A stretch of 64,000 nt of DNA. Origin: Octopus vulgaris. Taxonomy: Eukaryota. Both the position numbers and the translations under genes were made by a program. The notes beneath the pieces are model-generated. The model was given only the letters and a program-made list of their open reading frames with translations. It had not been told where the DNA came from and searched no databases. Each line of letters begins with the position of its first letter. Within the stretch, counting starts at the first letter, position 1. Positions 1-12,088 of this stretch are shown piece after piece. The DNA is taken from assembly GCA_951406725.2 (NCBI GenBank), contig OX597838.1, positions 31,992,001-32,056,000 on the forward strand, read 5' to 3'.

Positions 1-323
1 GGAAGCCAAGTACTTATTCTATCGGTCTCTTTTGTCGAACCGCTAAGTTACAGGGATGTAAACACACCACCATTGGTTGTCAAGCGATGTTGGGGGAGGA
101 AGACAAACACAGACACATAAACATATACACACACATACATATATATGTATTCATATATACGAGGGGCTTCTTTAAGTTTCCATCTACCGAATCCACTGAC
201 AAGGCTTTGGTTGGCCCGAGGCTATAGTAGAAGACACTTGCCCAAGGTGCCACGCAGTGGGACTGAACCTGGAACCATGGGGTTGGTAAGCAAGCTACTT
301 ACTACACAGCCACTCCTACGCCT
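1..323 (-). mobile_element. tRNA-derived SINE family A (CORE-like), cut by the window edge
   Basis: Head aggcgtaggagtggctgtg (A box), ggttcagtccc (B box), ccttgggcaagt core; >20 copies in the window. Confidence 0.9.
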
Positions 324-871
324 GCGAGACAGATTGTGAACATCATTTGGAAAGACATGGCCAACAATGCCATTATTCCAGGAAAAATTTTGTAGAAGAG
401 ACACTGATGCAGCAGAATCTCTTGCGACTTGGCCAGATTTAAAGAATGGAGAAAATTTGGAGACCAACACAAATATTTTCCCCCTTGGCTGGCTGGTTGG
501 CTGGCTGGTTGGCTGGTTGGTTGGTTGGTTGGTTGGTTGGCTGGCTGTGCAAGAAATCTCAATCAGTGCAGACCATGACTAAGATCCAAGGTTGTGATTT
601 ATACTCAACATGGAGAACTTAAGCATTGATAGTCACAGTATTTGATATTTAATCATCTCGTGTTTAATCTCTGCAACCAGGGGGCGGGGATGGGGGAGAC
701 CGATCCATTTTTTTTTTTTTTTAGTAGTATGGCCTATAATTAGACATATGGATAGTCCTCGCCAATATCGACGGACGGTTTAAGACGGTGATGATGACAA
801 GGATATTGATGTAGAATTATAGAATTATAGGAATTTCTGCATTGCACTTTTATCTCCGATCAATGAGTGTA

Positions 872-1282
872 TACTCTTTTACTCTTTCACTTGTTTCAGT
901 CATTTGACTGTGGCCATGCTGGAGCACCGCCTTTAGTCGAGCAAATCGACCCCAGAACTTATTCTTTGTAAGCCCAGTACTTATTCTATCAGTCTCTTTT
1001 GCCGAACCGCTAAGTGACGGGGACGTAAACACACCAGCATCGGTTGTCAAGTGATGTTGGGGGACAAACACAGACACACAAACACACACACATACATATA
1101 TATACATATACATATATACGACAGGCTTCTTTCAGTTTCCGTCTACCAAATCCACTCACAAGGCTTTGGTCGGCCCGGGGCTATAGTAGAAGACACTTGC
1201 CCAAGGTCCCACGCAGTGGGACTGAACCCGGAACCATGTGGTTGGTTAGCAAGCTACTTACCACACAGCCACTCCTGCGCCT
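872..1282 (-). mobile_element. SINE family A, full length
   Basis: A/B boxes, core, internal CA/TA tract, (aaaagagt)n tail. Confidence 0.92.
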
Positions 1283-1496
1283 TGTATGTGTGTGTATTAT
1301 TTTTTAATTTTTTATTTTATCTAGTTTCAGCTCACGAGCTGTGGCCATGCTGGGGCACCGCCATTATGTGTGTGTGTGTGTATGTACATATATAAATATA
1401 TATATATGTATGTATATATATGTGTATGTATATATATGTGTATGTATATATATATATATGTATGTACATATATATGTATGTACATATATATGTATC

Positions 1497-1535
<39 letters not shown>

Positions 1536-1595
1536 GTATATATATATATATGTATGTATATATATGTATATATATGTATGTATATATATGTATAC

Positions 1596-1627
<32 letters not shown>

Positions 1628-1632
1628 GTGTA

Positions 1633-1665
<33 letters not shown>

Positions 1666-1666
<1 letters not shown>

Positions 1667-1809
1667 CTGGAGTAAACACATAAATGTGAAACAAGGTGGA
1701 AAAAAGAGTACTCAAATACCAGTGGTAGAGTAATATGCTTTATTTAAAGCAGCAGAAAATTCAACAAAACCTGTTACTCTGAGTTTCACGTTGCCGTTCG
1801 TCGGACAGT

Positions 1810-1810
<1 letters not shown>
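1666..1810 (-). mobile_element. Penelope-like element fragment in (TA)n
   Basis: Unique island between TA tracts carrying a minimal hammerhead, a known hallmark of PLE pseudo-LTRs. Confidence 0.55.
1771..1808 (-). ncRNA. Minimal type I hammerhead ribozyme motif (Penelope-like-element type)
   Basis: Minus strand reads CTGT-CCGACGA-ACG GCAA CGT-GAAA-CTC A GAG-TA-ACAG. Stems I, II and III all pair; cleavage triplet GUA; core shows U4C. Confidence 0.7.
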
Positions 1811-1841
<31 letters not shown>

Positions 1842-2309
1842 TACATGTATGTATATGTAATATTGGGTAATTCTATCTCTGCAACAAGGATCTCCGATGA
1901 AAATCAAGAAACATAATGCAGATGTTAAATCGACAATATAAGAAAACTAAGAATCATTACAATCATGATGATGATGATGATGTGGTGGTGGTGGAGATGA
2001 TGATGATGATAATGATATCTGAGATGCTAGAGAAATAGATAGTTGATCAGTGGAAGAAGTTAAAAGACTTGTTGTGTTGCAGTAAAGGTCAAGTGAGTAA
2101 AGATATGTCAACAGAGGAATTATGGCTGGAAGCACCACTGCTAACATGCCACCCCCACCCCCACCCCGCTCCTCTTTCCCCACCCCTTCTTCTAGGCCTT
2201 ACCATTCTCTCAATAGGGTGCTTTACTGTCTTTGCTTTCACATGTATTCATGTGTGGGTGGCTATTGTGGGCAGTGAATGCTAGTTGTCTGTCTAATTCC
2301 ATGTATACT

Positions 2310-2671
2310 CTTCAGCCATGCTGGAGCACCACCTTTAGCCGAGCAAATCGACACAGGGACTTATTCTTTGTAAGCCTAGTACTTATTCTATCGGTCTCTT
2401 TACCGAACCACTAAGTTTTGGGGACGTAAACACACCAGCATCGGTTGTCAAGCAATGTTGGGGGGGGGACACATAAACATATACACACACGTACATATTT
2501 ATATATACGAGGGGCTTCTTGAAGTTTCCATTTACGAAATCCACTCACGAGGCTTTGGTCAGCCTGAGGCTATAGTAGAAGACACTTGCCCAAGGTGCCA
2601 CATAGTAGGACTGAACCCGGAGCTATGTTGTTTATAAGCAAGCTACTTACCACACAGCCACTCCTACGCCC
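2310..2671 (-). mobile_element. SINE family A
   Basis: Same consensus, more diverged. Confidence 0.88.
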
Positions 2672-4290
2672 ATAAATATTATTTTAAGAAACTTGGTGAT
2701 TCTTTTTGTCCTGTAAGCCATTTACCATTTCTGTGGTGCCCACTTTCTTTGATGCTCTAAGCACTTGCTTATTTTGCTTAATGGTTAACCCAGCCTGCTT
2801 TACTGTAAACCTTCAGATCAGATCCCTTGTTCCTGCGAATATTGAAGCCAGGTAACCATCTCACCTGTCTTGGAGTGTCAACAACGATCATAGAGACAAT
2901 CCACCAACTGCTGAATAGCAAATGTAGTTAATGTTTAACTTTAGGTCAACTGTTGAGTAAAGGTTATGTTCATTCCTTGACCCTCCAGATGAATTATGAG
3001 TCCTGATTTTGCCCATTCACCTGCAAGTCTTGGAAGTTCTATGAAAGAGTCATGTGTGGCTGCCCTTCTTTGGTTTAGCCATAAACCACCCCAGTTGATT
3101 GGTTGCCTTCAAACCCTAAATATCAACCTCCCATCAAGAGGTCACTGGTTATCCTCAACCCCCTATCAACTTCTCATATGGGAGTAACATGTTTTCCCTC
3201 AAACCCTCTTTCATCTTCCTTATAGAGGCAACAAGTTGGCCCTCAATTCCTCAACAGCAACCACCCTTTGTGATGGTAAACATTTGTCTTCAAATTACCA
3301 AGTTCAGGTTGTCAGGAATGGTAAAACCCTGTACTCTGTTCTCAGTTCTGGTATTTGGCTGGATGCACCTCCTAACGCCAACCACTTTTGCAGAGAGTGC
3401 TTGGTGTGACCCTTCTTGGCACCAGCATTAGTTTCCATGTAACTTGCACTAAAGAGTCTCCTAAACTGTGTGAGAATGTTGTAGGGAGGGTCAAGTACGG
3501 CAGATGGGACAGGACCGGGGTTTTGTTGCTGTAGAGAAGATAGAGGGTTACCTGGCATTATATGAGGGTTGGTGCTATTAATTAGGGTGGCGCTGGAAAG
3601 TGAGATAAAGTGGTAACAAGGTGTCAGGGTGTACCCTCGACGTACGGACAGGTGAGGTGAAGAGAGTGTGAGGTCAGAAGGTCAGAAAGGGTGAATAGGG
3701 AGGGAGGAAGGGCAGTGAGAGATGAGGGTAGGGGGTGGTTGATGGTAACTGTGATGGGAAATGAACTTCACATCCCATTATTCCTCTCTCTCTCTTTCTC
3801 TCTAATTTTCAGAATTCAGTTAGATTTATTTTATTTTATTTTATTTTATCTAGTTTCAGCTCACGAGCTGTGGCCATGCTGGGGCACACGATTTAATAGA
3901 ATGGCAACGTTACTGTGTGCAAATAATGTTTGTTTTGCTCCAAGTCTGCTTTGAGGAAGCGCACGTATGGTCAAAAGCGTTCCAACCGTAACCGTCGTCT
4001 TTATATATATATATCATAGGGCTTGCGACAGCTCGTCTTGCTAGAAATAATAGCCAATTTGCCCTCAGATAACACCACACTGCCTTAGATTTAGATGTCA
4101 TCACATAGAAGCTCCATCGTTGGTTCGAAAGATGGTAGATGATAGAGTTTAACAACAACAAACAAACAAAAAAAAAAACCGGTATCAATTTTGGCGCCGT
4201 CAGACTTCCATAGTTCACTGGGTGTAATATTAGGATGAAAAAAAAATATATTTGTTTTGGAAAGAGCGGGAGAACTGTAACGACAGATTT

Positions 4291-4321
<31 letters not shown>

Positions 4322-4664
4322 GGTGGGGAGAGGGAGAGATCTAAGCAGGAGAGCAATGACAAAATATTAAATAGTTACGTCTCTACAGAAGGCTATAAAC
4401 AGCACATTCCGACATTGTGTGTGTGTATATCGCAAAGTAGATATATTTTCTTCATTGGGGGGGACATTGGAAATTCGTTATATCCGTTCAGTTTTATTTC
4501 ACGAAGGCACTGATCATAGTACATCAGCAGAGTTAATTCCCAGTTAATTGTAAAACACTCTGTTTGTGTAAATGAGATAAATCAGACGAATTTGGTTAAG
4601 GTGTGCCTTGTGAGTTTTCATGCATATTCAATCACTTCCCCATTATGTGTGTGTGTGTGTATAT

Positions 4665-4675
4665 ATATATAGACG

Positions 4676-4748
<73 letters not shown>

Positions 4749-4891
4749 GACAGATATATAGAAAGACAGCTAGATAGATAGACGGATAGATAGATAGATA
4801 GACAGACGGACAGATAGATAGATAGACAGACGGACAGATAGATAGATAGACAGACGGACAGATAGATAGATAGATAGATAGACAGACGGAC

Positions 4892-4922
<31 letters not shown>

Positions 4923-5146
4923 TAGATAGATAGACAGACAGACGGATAGACAGACAGACAGACGGATAGACAGACAGACGGATAGATAGATAGACGGACG
5001 GATAGATAGGTAGATAAATAGATAGATGAATAGCTTGATAGATAGATAGACGGATGGATAGATAGATAGATAGATGGATGGGTGGATAGATAGATGGATG
5101 GATGGATGGATGGATGGATAGACAGACAGACGGATAGATAGATAGA
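4665..5146. repeat. (TAGA/CAGA/TGGA)n tetranucleotide microsatellite
   Basis: Direct reading. Confidence 0.97.
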
Positions 5147-5347
5147 TGTATATATGTATGGGTGGGGAGAAAGAGGGAAGGAGGGCCGTCCATAAGTGGT
5201 CGATAGAAGGATCTAAACAGCAGATGGTGTGTGAGAAAGAAAGAGATAAGTTATAATAAACGGAAAGAAAGAAGAAAGCAGTAAAAACTATAGTGTCGTA
5301 GAAAAAGCAACCCATTGTACACACAGACGCGTCTTTGTGTGTATGTA

Positions 5348-5385
<38 letters not shown>

Positions 5386-5429
5386 CATATATATATATAT
5401 CCACACCCATATGTATTTACAAAAACACA

Positions 5430-5721
5430 ATAAGAGAAATCGCGCGCCTGCTGATTGAGACCCAGTGGCCTCCCTTCGTATTTACTATACTTACTAGTAC
5501 TACTACTACTAAGTAATAATAGTAGTAGTTGTTGTTACAGAAGTGTTGTTGTTGTTGTTATTGCTGCTGCTGTAATACATCGTCTGCACGATCGCTACTC
5601 CTCTTCCTTCGCCTCACTCCGCCTTCGTCTTTCTCACTGCTTTTAGCATCATCAATCAAGTCTGCCGAAAAGGAAAGGAATAAATAAAAAAAAAACAACA
5701 TAGGAAGAACCGGAGAGAGAC
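5430..5721 (+). promoter_or_regulatory. Candidate promoter / 5' UTR of the phosphatase gene
   Basis: Non-TE sequence with locally elevated CpG (cgcgcg, cgatcg, cgcc) directly upstream of the exon 1 ATG. TSS not determinable. Confidence 0.4.
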
Positions 5722-5786
5722 ATGGGCAAAGTGTGTTCTAAGAAATTTATTCCGATCGCTAAAACGAAAGGTTCCAAGACCATCAG
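5722..5786 (+). CDS. INPP5K: 5-phosphatase exon 1 (MGKVCSKKFIPIAKTKGSKTI-R)
   Basis: ATG in gacATGG context; donor AG|gtgagt at 5787. Phase 2 matches the exon 2 acceptor (AG+G=Arg). CpG-containing non-repetitive leader upstream. Confidence 0.75.
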
Positions 5787-5903
5787 GTGAGTTCTATCGT
5801 TTCACAGGTTGAATGTTAAGGCAAAGACACTGTGTATATGTGGTGATGTACTTTTCTCTCTCTGTCTGTGTCTTTCTCGGTGTGTCACAAATATACACAC
5901 TCA

Positions 5904-5937
<34 letters not shown>

Positions 5938-6090
5938 AATATATGTATATATATATCCGTGTGATGTGTATTTACGTTTCTGTATCCGTCTGGCTCTCTT
6001 CGTATTTCGGGGAAGGTCTGTTGTACAGCGAAACCTATTGGCTTCAATAAATCGATCACTCTATAGTTATGTATGTGACTCATTGCATGC

Positions 6091-6162
<72 letters not shown>

Positions 6163-6177
6163 ATATACATACATACA

Positions 6178-6217
<40 letters not shown>

Positions 6218-6258
6218 TGGCAAAAACGAAAGATTGCCTGTATATATATATATATATA

Positions 6259-6377
6259 TTTCTTTACTGCCCACAAGGGGCTAAACATAGAGGGGACAAA
6301 CAAGGACAGACAGACAAAGGAATTAAGTCGATTACATCGACCCAGTGCGAAACTGGTACTTTATTTATCGACCCCAA
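6259..6377 (-). mobile_element. 5'-truncated SINE family B
   Basis: Tail consensus; flanked by duplicated atatggcaaaaacgaaag..gcct.tatata. Confidence 0.85.
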
Positions 6378-6634
6378 GAGGATATGGCAAAAACGAAAGC
6401 TCGCCTATATATATATATACATATTTGTGTGTGTGCATTCGCATCCATACACATGTGTGGGTGTCATGTTTCCGTGTACGTTTGTCTTTTTATATAAATA
6501 CTCTTCGTGCGTCTGTAGCATGTCAGCATCTATGAATTTATATGAAAAATATGAATTGATGCGTTAATGTCACTATATATATATATATATACACACACAC
6601 ATGCCGTCTCTGTGTTTCTGAAGGAAATTATAAC

Positions 6635-6667
<33 letters not shown>

Positions 6668-7104
6668 AGCAGTCTTAGTTTTCTCTGTGTCTATATTTTC
6701 AACCCCTGACCGTTTCCTTCACGTTGTTCCCACCCTAGTCTTTCTTAATCACCCGTTCCTGTAATAAATATGTCAAATACATGTATTATGGAATCGTAAA
6801 TACACGCATTCGTATACACTCATAGCTGTATATAAATATAAATACACACACACACACAGACACACATACAAAACACTCCCGGTCGAATAATTACACAACC
6901 CCCCCCTAATCAACAGACGTCATATACGTGCATATATATAAACACATCCAAAATATATATACACACAAGCATGTATTAATAAGTAAATGGATCTTCGATT
7001 ATTCGATTAACCGAACTGTTCATTGAATTATATAATGCAAGTGGTTGAATATTCCACTGACATGTGGACCGTTAACGTGGTTTTACGACAGAATCATAGA
7101 CACA

Positions 7105-7625
7105 GTGTGTGTGTGTATGCATGCATGCATGTATGTATGTATGTATGTATGTATGTATGTATGTATGTATGTATTTATGTATGTATGTATTTATGTATGT
7201 ATGTATGTATTTATGTATGTATGTATGTATGTATGTATTTATGTATGTATGTATGTATTTATGTATGTATGTATTTATGTATGTATATATGTATGTATTT
7301 ATGTATTTATGTATGTATGTATGTATGTATGTATGTATGTATGTATGTATATATGCATGTATGTATTTATGTATGTATGTATTTATGTATGTATGTATTT
7401 ATGTATGTATGCATTTATGTATGTATGTATGCATGTATGTATTTATGTATGTATATATGCATGTATGTATTTATGCATTATGTATTTATGTATGTATGCA
7501 TGTATGTATGTATGTATGCATGTATGTATGTATGTATGTATGTATGTATGTATGTATTTATGTATGTATATATGCATGTATGTATTTATGTATGTATGCA
7601 TGCATGTATGTATGTATGTATTTGT
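7105..7625. repeat. (TATG)n microsatellite
   Basis: Direct reading. Confidence 0.97.
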
Positions 7626-7874
7626 GTATAATGCGGTTGTACCTATGAATTCCAACTCCTGCAGCCCTTAAGACGGATTTCCGCTGTTTCTGTGTTTAAC
7701 CCAACTTTATTCGTGTGGTGTGGGTTTACCCCAAAGCAAGGGTAGAAAATACCCGCTCAAGATTCATGCTCAGTGGGTTTGAACTGGAGACCTCATGATT
7801 CTGAAATGAACTTGTTAACCTCTCGGAATGGCATTTATATGGAAACACACGTGCAAACACACACACATACGGAA

Positions 7875-7945
<71 letters not shown>

Positions 7946-9404
7946 CGTTGAAAACAATAGGAAGGGCATGCATGCATATACGTATATATACATAGATTTC
8001 TATACACACATACATATACACAAGCACACACGAACATACATGAACGGAGGCATGCATTTATATATACATATGCATGAATAGATACATACATACATTCATA
8101 CACATGCATACATATACACATACATGTGTATATATATATACATACATATGCACATACATACACGCAGGCATACATACATTCAAACCCATAGACAGGTATA
8201 CATATATATGCATATACATACACGCAGGCATACATTCATACACATATACACATACATACACGCACATACATATATACATTCATACACGCATGCATACATA
8301 CACACGTATACATATATACATTAACACACATACATACACACATAGACATACATATATGGACTCATGAGCCACACCTTAAAACTGTTATTTGAACTAAGAT
8401 TGAATTTCCTATTTGTGTATCAAATGCTTCTTACCGCCACCACACCACCACCACCACCACCACCACCACCGTCATCACCGCTGTCATCATCACCGGCAAC
8501 ATAATTATCAAAACTATCTTTAGCATTATCAATACTATCGTCACTCCCACCCCTACCATCCTCTCCGTCCTCCTCACCATCATCACCGCAAACACCCATC
8601 CCCCTTTCCACCATCATCACCATTTTGTAAGGCGTGGGTAAACTTGGCACTTACCTGAAGCTTCTCACCTGTCTATGGTCTCCAATAGTTATTCATTTCT
8701 GCTGTGGTTCTATATGTAGGGGCACCAGTGCATAGTTTTGCGCATGGAGGGCATCTATAGGACTGCTCAACCGGTCCCAGCACCACCACTAGCATCATCA
8801 TCATCATCATCATGAAACCGAAACCTTGTTCCTTTCTCTATACAAGACCTATATGTATATCAACACACACATACACACACACACACACATCTATATGTAT
8901 ACATAATTGGCACTCTGTCAATTATGACGACGAGTGTTCCAGTTGATCCAATCAACAGAACAGCCTGCCTGTGAAATTAACATGAAAGTGGCTGAGCACT
9001 CCACAGACACCACACGTATCCTTAACGTAGTTCACAATGAGATTCAGCGTGGCACAGAATGCGACAAGGCTAGCCTTTTGAAATACAGGTAGAACTCATT
9101 TTAGCCAGCTGAGTGGACTGGAGCAATGTGGAATAAAGTGTCTTGCTCAAGGACACCATGTGTTACTGCAAATCGAACTCGTGACCTTGTTATTACGAAC
9201 CAAACCCCCTGACCACCAACCCACACACCTCAATTTTAATCCCTTAGCTTTCCGAGATTACTCGGTCATATGTAATCCTTATTTATTTCACATTGTTTCC
9301 TATTAATCTTGTCTTATCTTGTAGCTTTGACATTTTGATGCTCTGATTGTTTAGTTTTTGAAAGACATTGTAGAGTAGGTGTGAGAAGCCGAATCTAGCC
9401 AGTT

Positions 9405-9814
9405 TACTCTTTTACTCTTTTACTTGTTTCAGTCATTTGACTGCGGCCATGCTGGAGCACCGCCTTTAATCGAGCAACTCGACCCCGGGACTTATTCTTT
9501 TGTAAGCCCAGTACTTATTCTATCGGTCTCTTTTGCCGAACTGCTAAGTGACGGGGACATAAACACACCAGCATCAGTTGTCAAGCAATGCTAGGGGACA
9601 AACACAGACACACAAACACACACACGCATATATATATATATACATATATACGATGGGCTTATTTCAGTTTCCGTCTACCAAATCCACTCACAAGGCATTG
9701 GTCGGCCCGAGGCTATAGTAGAAGTCACTTGCCCAAGGTGCCACGCAGTGAGACTGAACCCAGAACCATGTGGCTGGTAGACAAGCTACTTACCACATAG
9801 CCACTCCTGCACCT
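9405..9814 (-). mobile_element. SINE family A, inserted into a piggyBac-like MITE remnant (~9238-9880)
   Basis: Full consensus; flanks continue the MITE family seen at 56972-57193 in reverse orientation. Confidence 0.88.
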
Positions 9815-10237
9815 ATCGCAATGGTTTGAATATAAAACAGGTAGAAATTTTGGGCCAGATTCAACTGGTTTAAATGCCAAAGACTTATACACAGACATAA
9901 GCGTTTGACCTATGAGTTCATTTGTAGGTCCTGAGTTCAAAATGTTTGTGGGTCAGAACTCTAGATTTTTAGATGCCACATTTTCACCTCCTGGCTGTCA
10001 TTGGTGGATGTTGTGTCCTATCCAGGGGAATATGTGTTCATATCACTTCATGAAACCAGAGGAGGTAAACATGATTGACTTGTAAAAGAAAAAAGCCTTC
10101 CTTGATGCAAGGGAGGACGAGGAAACCTCAAGAGAATGAAACAGGAAACCATTGCAATAAATATTCTAACAGTTTCACTCACACACAGCCTTGAAATATC
10201 AGTCACGTACACACAAGCATTCCAGTACGCACACACA

Positions 10238-10330
<93 letters not shown>

Positions 10331-10332
10331 AC

Positions 10333-10367
<35 letters not shown>

Positions 10368-11671
10368 TACACATACACATACACACACACATACACACAC
10401 ATTCTGTCCGTCTGTTTGTCTGTCTCTGTCTCCTAAACACGAACACCTGTACATTTATATCGAAACTCTCAAGACATATATACCTTCTATTCTATACAAT
10501 GTGTGTGTGTGTGTGTGCACCCTGTTGCTAAGTAACTTTCTGTTGCCATGACATTAATATTGACAGCTAAGTGGTAAATTATTACATCCTATCTCCCTCT
10601 TCCTTTGTGTATGTGTGTGTGTGTATGTATGTGTATGGTTTACTGTTTCATGCTTTCATATGTTTGTTTATATAAGGTGAGATAGCCTTCTTCCTCTCTC
10701 TTTCTTATATATACACATACATATGCATGTATGTGTGTACACGTACACACGTGTGTGTGTGTGTGTGTGTAGGGAGTGTATGATAGATAAATTTGCATAT
10801 TTCATATGCATGTCAAGTTGAGCATAAGTATATTCACACACACACACACACACACACCACACACCACTGTAAACAGGAAGTTTTAAAGCAATTTCTCAAT
10901 ACTAAAATGGAGAAAAAATATCAGATTTTTTGTGGGGAGAAACTGAAAAGTTTAAAAATTGTGACTACAAGTTACTTATTGGCCAATCTTCAGATGAATT
11001 AACACACATACACACACACAAACACACACACCCACACACATATTCACACACATATACACACATAAAAGAAACAAGCATTCTGAGACGCACCCATTCTCAG
11101 CAACGCATATTCAGGAAAAAGACAGGTTCTAGTGTTACTCTTGTCAACGGTGATGCTTATTTATTTATTCTCGTTGTTTTTAAATTAATCATACATATAT
11201 GGTGGTGCCCCAGCATGGCCACAGCTCGTGAGCTGAAACTAGATAAAATGAAAAAAAAAAAAAAAAAATATCTTGTTGCTTCAGGATTTTGATCTCGTGA
11301 TTACTCTTTTATTCTTTTACTTGTTTCAGTCATTTGACTGCGGCCATGCTGGAGCACCGCCTTTAATCGAGCATCTCGACCCCGAGACTTATTCTTTTGT
11401 AAGCCCAGTACTTATTCCATCGGTCTCTTTTGCCGAACCGCTAAGTGACGGGGATGTAAACACACCAGCATCAATGCTAGGGGAAAAAACACAGACTGTT
11501 TACTTTTGTAACGACATTGCCGGGTTGGTGCGAGAGGCCAGATCCGGCTCGTTTGAACATAGAACGAAAGTAGAACAGTTGGTTTGGACATGGTTGGTTT
11601 ATATGCTGAAGGGTTAACACATATGATATAGGCCCTCGACTTCACATGTAGCACCCGGGGTTATTTCTGGA

Positions 11672-12088
11672 GATCGAGCTGGCAGAAACGTTAGCATGCC
11701 GGGCGAAATGCAATGCGTAGCCGTATTTCGTCTGCCGTTACATTCTGGGTTCAAATTCCACCGAGGTCGACTTTACCTTTCATCCTTTCGAGGTCGATAA
11801 ATTAAGTACCAGTTACGCACTGGGGTCGATGTGATCGACTTAATACCTATGTCTGTCCTTGTTTGTCCCCTCTGTGTTTAGCCCCTTGTGGGTAATAAAG
11901 AAATAGGTATTTCGTCTGCTGTTATATTCTGGGTTCAAATTCCGCCAAGGTCTACTTTGCCTTTCATCCTTTCGAGGTCGATAAATTAAGTACCAGTTAC
12001 GCACTGGGGTCGATGTAATCGACTTAATTCGTTTGTCTGTCCTTGTTTGTCCCCTCTGTGTTTAGCCCCTTGTGGGTAATAAAGAAAC
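11672..12088 (+). mobile_element. tRNA-derived SINE family B, head-to-tail dimer (184-bp period)
   Basis: gagctggcagaaacgttagc head, B box gttcaaattcc, central gcctttcatcctttcg.ggtcgataaa domain, tail ..cccttgtgggtaataaagaaa; the second unit restarts at gtatttcgtctg. Confidence 0.9.

Noticed and set aside
145-339. Recurrent ORF ..LPNPLTRLWSARGYSRRHLPKVPRSGTEPGTMW.. (>10 copies)
   Set aside because: Antisense translation of the SINE-A head, not a gene family.
325-475. ORFs 222-470 and 367-582
   Set aside because: Another frame reads LRQIVNIIWKD with stops, consistent with a decayed RTE LINE fragment rather than a host exon.
8645-8790. Minus-strand perfect donor CAG|GTAAGT (antisense gene exon)
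   Set aside because: No supporting ORF, acceptor or partner exons found.
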